Part shown: piece after piece, positions 59,642 through 64,000 of the stretch | Numbering within the stretch: the first letter of the stretch is position 1 | Layout: each line of letters opens with the position of its first letter | Assembly (NCBI GenBank): GCA_030602705.1 | Contig: JAUVZF010000009.1 | Location: 94-64,093 of the forward strand | DNA from: Planctomycetota bacterium | GTDB lineage: Bacteria > Planctomycetota > Phycisphaerae > FEN-1346 | Length of the DNA: 64,000 bases | Reading direction: 5' to 3' | The notes under the pieces: generated by a model | Databases searched by the model: none | What the model was told of the DNA's origin: nothing | What the model saw: the letters and a program-made list of their open reading frames with translations, nothing else | Translations under genes and position numbers: made by a program

Positions 59642-61126
59642 GTGGTGGTAACCGTGGTGACGGACACGACGGCCCGAACGCGGCATGGCCGGCGCGGGTG
59701 GACGTTGCTTGAGTGTCTGCTCGTGGTGGCCATTATGGCGATGGTCTTCGCGGCGACCGTGCCGCTCCTGCGTTCCGAGACGATGGCGCTGGATACGGCC
59801 CGGCCGATGATCCTCAAGGCCCAGGAGACCCGGTACGCCCTGGCCCGCGTGGCGGCGGCCCTGCGGCAGGCGCGGGCCGTGACCCAGGTCACCGACGGTG
59901 GAGGGCCCGCTGCTTCAATGACGTTCCTTGCCGGCGACGGCACGCTGACGACGTTCCAGCGAGACGCCGCCTCAGACGAAGTGCGGTACGGCGCGACCGG
60001 GTCGGAGGCCGTCCTCGCGAAGAACTGCACCGGCCTGGCGATCACCTGTTTCGCCGCCGACGGGCAGGTGCTTCCACCGGTGCCTATGAGCCTCGCAAAG
60101 ACCGCCGGTGTCTCTATCGCCATGACGGTCGTGGACCCGCACGGCAAGAGTGGGCCGACGACCGTGGCGACCCTGGCCGCCCTTGCTCGCACCAGGCCCA
60201 CCGTCCTCATCAACGAGATCATGTACAAGCCGCCTGGCAGTTACGGCGCCAAGGACAAACACCAGTGGGTCGAACTCCACAACCCGACCCCCGACGCCAT
60301 CGACGTGCGGGACTGGCTTCTCTGGACCAAGGACCAGAACGACCCCGATGTCATCGGCCCGGACGCCTACCACGGTACCGGCACGACGGTCATCCCGCCC
60401 GGCGGCTACGCCGTTATCACCGACAAGGACACCAACCTCTACAACGAGGTCCTCGAGAACGGCGATTTCGAGAGTGGCAACATGGGCGATTGGCACTTCT
60501 CCTCGGGCGACTGGTCGCGCGATTTCGGCAGTGCCGCTTCCCGCGACTACAAGGTCACGCTGGAGGGCATTGGTTGGACCACGATGTACCAGGATTTCAA
60601 GATTCCCGCCGGCGCCGACGGCGACGTGCGGCTGACGGTGCGGGAACGGTACAATCCGAGTTTCGACAGGCCGAGTGTCAGAATCCGCATCACGAATCGC
60701 AGCGGCGGTGTCTTACTTACCGTCTACGACGGCAACTGCCACTCCCACTCTGACTGGACGGCACACTCCGCCGACCTGACGGTCTTCAAGGGCGTGGACG
60801 CGCGGCTCGAAATCAGCGGCTATCGGAGCAATTACTTCAGAAGTTACGTGCATGTCGATGCCGCCACGATCAACTGGGGGCCCGTCTCGTGGAACTGCGT
60901 TCGGCTTCAGGTGGACGACAACGAGATCGGCAAAAACCTCGAGGACAAGCAGGTCTTCCTCGGCGAAGGCAACGGCCTGCATGACGCCGTCGTTTTTGAG
61001 AAACAGTGGGGCGGCGATGACGACGGATGTTCCCTCAGCCGCACGAGCCCCTTCGACCCCGCGACGGAAGAGGAGTCCTGGGGTCCGGCGGCCGACGGAG
61101 GAACGCCCGGAGAGCCGAACTCATGA
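59642..61126 (+). CDS. Minor pilin (PilW/GspJ-like) fused to lamin-tail and CBM-like domains
   Basis: RG^WTLLECLL; LINEIMYKP...QWVELHNP; IPPGGYAVI; ENGDFESG; SLSR...GTPGEPNS. Confidence 0.78.
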   Translation: MVVTVVTDTTARTRHGRRGWTLLECLLVVAIMAMVFAATVPLLRSETMALDTARPMILKAQETRYALARVAAALRQARAVTQVTDGGGPAASMTFLAGDGTLTTFQRDAASDEVRYGATGSEAVLAKNCTGLAITCFAADGQVLPPVPMSLAKTAGVSIAMTVVDPHGKSGPTTVATLAALARTRPTVLINEIMYKPPGSYGAKDKHQWVELHNPTPDAIDVRDWLLWTKDQNDPDVIGPDAYHGTGTTVIPPGGYAVITDKDTNLYNEVLENGDFESGNMGDWHFSSGDWSRDFGSAASRDYKVTLEGIGWTTMYQDFKIPAGADGDVRLTVRERYNPSFDRPSVRIRITNRSGGVLLTVYDGNCHSHSDWTAHSADLTVFKGVDARLEISGYRSNYFRSYVHVDAATINWGPVSWNCVRLQVDDNEIGKNLEDKQVFLGEGNGLHDAVVFEKQWGGDDDGCSLSRTSPFDPATEEESWGPAADGGTPGEPNS

Positions 61127-61689
61127 GCGGTTATTCTGCACGAAATCCGGGGCGGACGAGGGGGTCCGAGGAGAACTGCTTCGCGTGTGAGCGCGGCCCG
61201 TACGGGCCGCGACAGTCGCGTCGAAGACGCGGTGGTTGCGGAGAACCACCGCGCAACACTCAGGTCGCGCCCCTTAGCAGACGCGGCGTTGCCCTGGTCC
61301 TCGTGATCTTTGCCATCGCCTTTATCACGGTCCTGGCCGTGGCGATGCTCGACGAGGCGACCCTCGACCTGGCGATCCTGCGGAACCACACCAGCGGTCT
61401 GAGGGCCCTCTACGCCGCCAACGCCGGCATCTCGGAGGCCATCGTCGCGCTGCGCGAAGAGTACGACACCACCAACACCGTCGCGGGGACACTGACGCTG
61501 CCGGGCGGCTCGACCGCCACCTTCTCGGCCGAGATCGACAACGACAAGCCGGTCGTGACGGTCACGTCAACGGGCCAGGCCGACGGGTTCACACGCCAGA
61601 TGACGGCCCGGCTTGTCGTCGGGCAGCCCGACGCCTGTGAGGAGCCGTATCCGGTCCGCGTCGTCTGGTGGCGCGAGGCAGCGGAGTGA
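61123..61689 (+). CDS. PilX/GspK-like minor pilin
   Basis: RRG^VALVLV lacking Glu5; RALYAANAGI; VTSTG; ATGA overlap. Confidence 0.75.
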   Translation: MSGYSARNPGRTRGSEENCFACERGPYGPRQSRRRRGGCGEPPRNTQVAPLSRRGVALVLVIFAIAFITVLAVAMLDEATLDLAILRNHTSGLRALYAANAGISEAIVALREEYDTTNTVAGTLTLPGGSTATFSAEIDNDKPVVTVTSTGQADGFTRQMTARLVVGQPDACEEPYPVRVVWWREAAE

Positions 61690-61733
61690 GAGCGTAACTC
61701 GCACGAGCAAGGATTCGCCTAAGGAGAGGCTGA

Positions 61734-63251
61734 ATGGCGGTACGGACGGCAGTTGGCATCACGTTGGACGCCGGCACCCTCCACGCCGTTGAATTGGCGA
61801 CCGACGGCGAGGCCGTGGTGATCCGGCGTGCCGTCTGCGACCAACTCCCGCCGGGGGCGTTCGCCGACGGTGGGCTGACCGACGCGAACGCCGTGGCGGA
61901 GACCGTCCGGCAGGTCCTGCGTGCCAACCACATGCCCCGCCGCAACCTCTGTGTGGCCCTCGGCGGGAAACTGGCCATTGCACGCGTCATCGAAGCCAGC
62001 GCCTCCGGCGCCGAGGTCCAGCACGTCCTTCAGGAACGCATCAGCCGATACGCCATCTACGAGGACCTCGACGTCCTCTGGAAGGCGACGCCGCTCGAGA
62101 CCGGAGAGGGCGACAAGCGGGCGTTCCTGGCGGCCGCAGTCTCCAGGGACGAAGTCGCCACGCTCCTGCCGGCGCTCAGGCGAGTCGGCGTCCGCGTCTC
62201 GCATGTCGAGCCGTACGCCCTGGCTGCCATCCGTAGCCTGGCCACGTGTGCGGCCGGGCAGGAGCAGCCGACGATCCTGATGATTCTGCGAAACGAGTCT
62301 ACCGATTTCGTGATCGTCAAGGGGTCCTGGCCGCTGTTGGTCCGGTCGGTGGACGAGGGGGCGTGCGAACTGGCCCGCCGCCCGGAGAAGATCGAAGACC
62401 TGCTGATCGAGGCCCGCCGCTCGGTGGACTTCTGCAAGAGCCGCTTCGACGGCGCCCAGCCGCGCCTCTGGGTCAGCGTCGCCGCGTGCGAGGATCCCGT
62501 GGTGGCCAGGGGATTGCTCGCGTGCGTCAAACGGGACGTTGCGGCGGAGGTCGAAGCCTTGCCGGAGTGGCCGGAGGTGACCCCCGGCGCCAGCGTGGAC
62601 GAGTACGGCCGCCAGTCCTGGGCCGCCATCGGCGCCGCCATGATTGCCCTGGGCCGCGACGAAATCACGCCGCACCTGAACCTGGTGCCCGACGAGTGGC
62701 CGGCCGTCGAGACGGTTCAGAAGCAACTGATGGGCTTGGCCGCCTCAGTGGTCGCGGCGGTCGTTGCGATGGTGATCGCGTCGATGATGATCCGGATGAG
62801 CGCGGGGGATGTGGCCAAAGCGGCTCAGGCGGCCTCCGTTCGGATGCAGGCCCACACAGTCAGCGTTAGGGCCGCCTCGGAACTGAAGCGGCAAGCGGCG
62901 GAGGCGGCGGCACGCGTCAAACTCTGGAAAGACGTCCGGGCCACGATACGGCCGACGGACTGGACGGCCGCCCTCGAGGCCATCACCGGGCAGATTCCCG
63001 AGGGCGTCCGCGTCCGAGAGATCACCTGCCGGCGCGGCGTGCTTCGCCTCGCCGGGGAAACCCAGGTCACGGACCTGGTGCACCAGGTGGTCGAGCGGCT
63101 GAATCGGCTGCCCTGTCTCGAAGAGGCCAGCATCGAGCGGCTGGTTCGGGCCGCGGGCCTCGATGCTCAGTTGCCGGAATACGTCATCACCTGCCGGTTG
63201 CGCGAGCAGCAACCCGCGCAGCCGGAGAAGGATAAGAAGGATGCTCGTTGA
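61734..63251 (+). CDS. PilM-PilN fusion protein
   Basis: Actin-like N-terminal region (VGITLD, VEPYALA, AAIGAAM) followed by LNLVP, a TM segment and PilN-like IPEGVRV...LAGE. Confidence 0.7.
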   Translation: MAVRTAVGITLDAGTLHAVELATDGEAVVIRRAVCDQLPPGAFADGGLTDANAVAETVRQVLRANHMPRRNLCVALGGKLAIARVIEASASGAEVQHVLQERISRYAIYEDLDVLWKATPLETGEGDKRAFLAAAVSRDEVATLLPALRRVGVRVSHVEPYALAAIRSLATCAAGQEQPTILMILRNESTDFVIVKGSWPLLVRSVDEGACELARRPEKIEDLLIEARRSVDFCKSRFDGAQPRLWVSVAACEDPVVARGLLACVKRDVAAEVEALPEWPEVTPGASVDEYGRQSWAAIGAAMIALGRDEITPHLNLVPDEWPAVETVQKQLMGLAASVVAAVVAMVIASMMIRMSAGDVAKAAQAASVRMQAHTVSVRAASELKRQAAEAAARVKLWKDVRATIRPTDWTAALEAITGQIPEGVRVREITCRRGVLRLAGETQVTDLVHQVVERLNRLPCLEEASIERLVRAAGLDAQLPEYVITCRLREQQPAQPEKDKKDAR

Positions 63252-63825
63252 ATTCCTGGTTAAACGGGCGGTCCGTGAGCGGTATGCTCTGGGCGCAGCC
63301 ATTGTCGTGCTTGCCATCGTGGGCTGCTACACCGCGGGGATCCGCCCCGCGATGGACGCCGCAGAGGGGCACGAGGGGAACCTTCGGACAACCGAGAAGG
63401 TGCTCATGCTTCAGCAACGCCAACTGAACCTGCTGCAGGCCGAAACCAAAGCCAGCCAGAAGATGCTGGATCAGCTCAAGGACTTGCCGTGTCCGTGGGT
63501 GCAGGCCGACAAGGCCGACGTCGTCCTCCAGGAACTCCAGAAGGAGGCCGAGGCCCTTGGCTTGTCGGTCCGCTCGGTTGTTCGCGAGTCGCTCACCGGG
63601 ATGCGTCTGAAAGACGCGCCGCGGCCGGTGTCGCGGCTGCTGGTCCGTCTGGAACTCGACGGACCGTATGCGAGTGTCATGGAGATGTTCCGCCGCCTCA
63701 GCAAGGGCGACCTTGCCGTCGGGTTAGAGGAACTCTCACTCAAGGGAAACGACGAGCCGCCGTTCGACGTGAAGGTCGTGCTCCGCTTGCGGATGCCCGT
63801 CGTGGAAGGGGACGATCATGATTAG
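63241..63825 (+). CDS. PilO/GspM-like protein
   Basis: RER..L TM, coiled coil, LELDGPY..V..MF..L. Confidence 0.7.
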   Translation: MLVEFLVKRAVRERYALGAAIVVLAIVGCYTAGIRPAMDAAEGHEGNLRTTEKVLMLQQRQLNLLQAETKASQKMLDQLKDLPCPWVQADKADVVLQELQKEAEALGLSVRSVVRESLTGMRLKDAPRPVSRLLVRLELDGPYASVMEMFRRLSKGDLAVGLEELSLKGNDEPPFDVKVVLRLRMPVVEGDDHD

Positions 63826-64000
63826 GATGCTGATGGCAACCCTCCTGGCCGCGAGCCTGACCGGCGTCGCCGCGGCCGCCGCGAACTCGAAGGATGCTGC
63901 CGACCAATCCGCCGCCGGGACTGCCACGACGAAGGGGGAAGACCGGGGCTGGTTTTCACGCGTCAACCCCTTCTCGCCGTTGATCAACCCGGAGGCGATG
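63818..64000 (+). CDS. Secreted pilus-associated protein (PilP-like or secretin N-terminus), partial
   Basis: MIRMLMATLLAASLTGVAAAA signal peptide; RVNPFSPL motif; runs off the window. Confidence 0.5.
   Translation, partial: MIRMLMATLLAASLTGVAAAAANSKDAADQSAAGTATTKGEDRGWFSRVNPFSPLINPEAM

Overview
High-GC bacterial chromosomal window. PEP-CTERM proteins, DUF4190/H-X9-DG proteins, hydrazine-synthase-alpha-like heme proteins and dense short repeats suggest Planctomycetota, probably Phycisphaerae (inference). There are about 55 genes and no rRNA, tRNA or CRISPR. The best candidate for an undescribed system is at the left edge: an opine dehydrogenase translationally coupled to a >611-aa ORF missing from the ORF track, which fuses a base-off B12-binding domain (DAHTLG) to a probable glutamate-mutase-like TIM barrel. 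Other highlights: three dispersed HZS-alpha-like multiheme beta-propeller paralogs; a RhaT/URO-D/FGGY-kinase/FAD-dehydrogenase sugar operon; a type IV pilus-like cluster with three near-identical tandem major pilins, a lamin-tail-domain minor pilin and a PilM-PilN fusion; an IS630 element; a ~153-bp MITE family with IS66-like ends and 8-bp target duplications; several REP-like families, some inside coding sequence; and gene remnants (GH29 fucosidase, LamG tail). All calls come from reading motifs by eye; no database searches were run.
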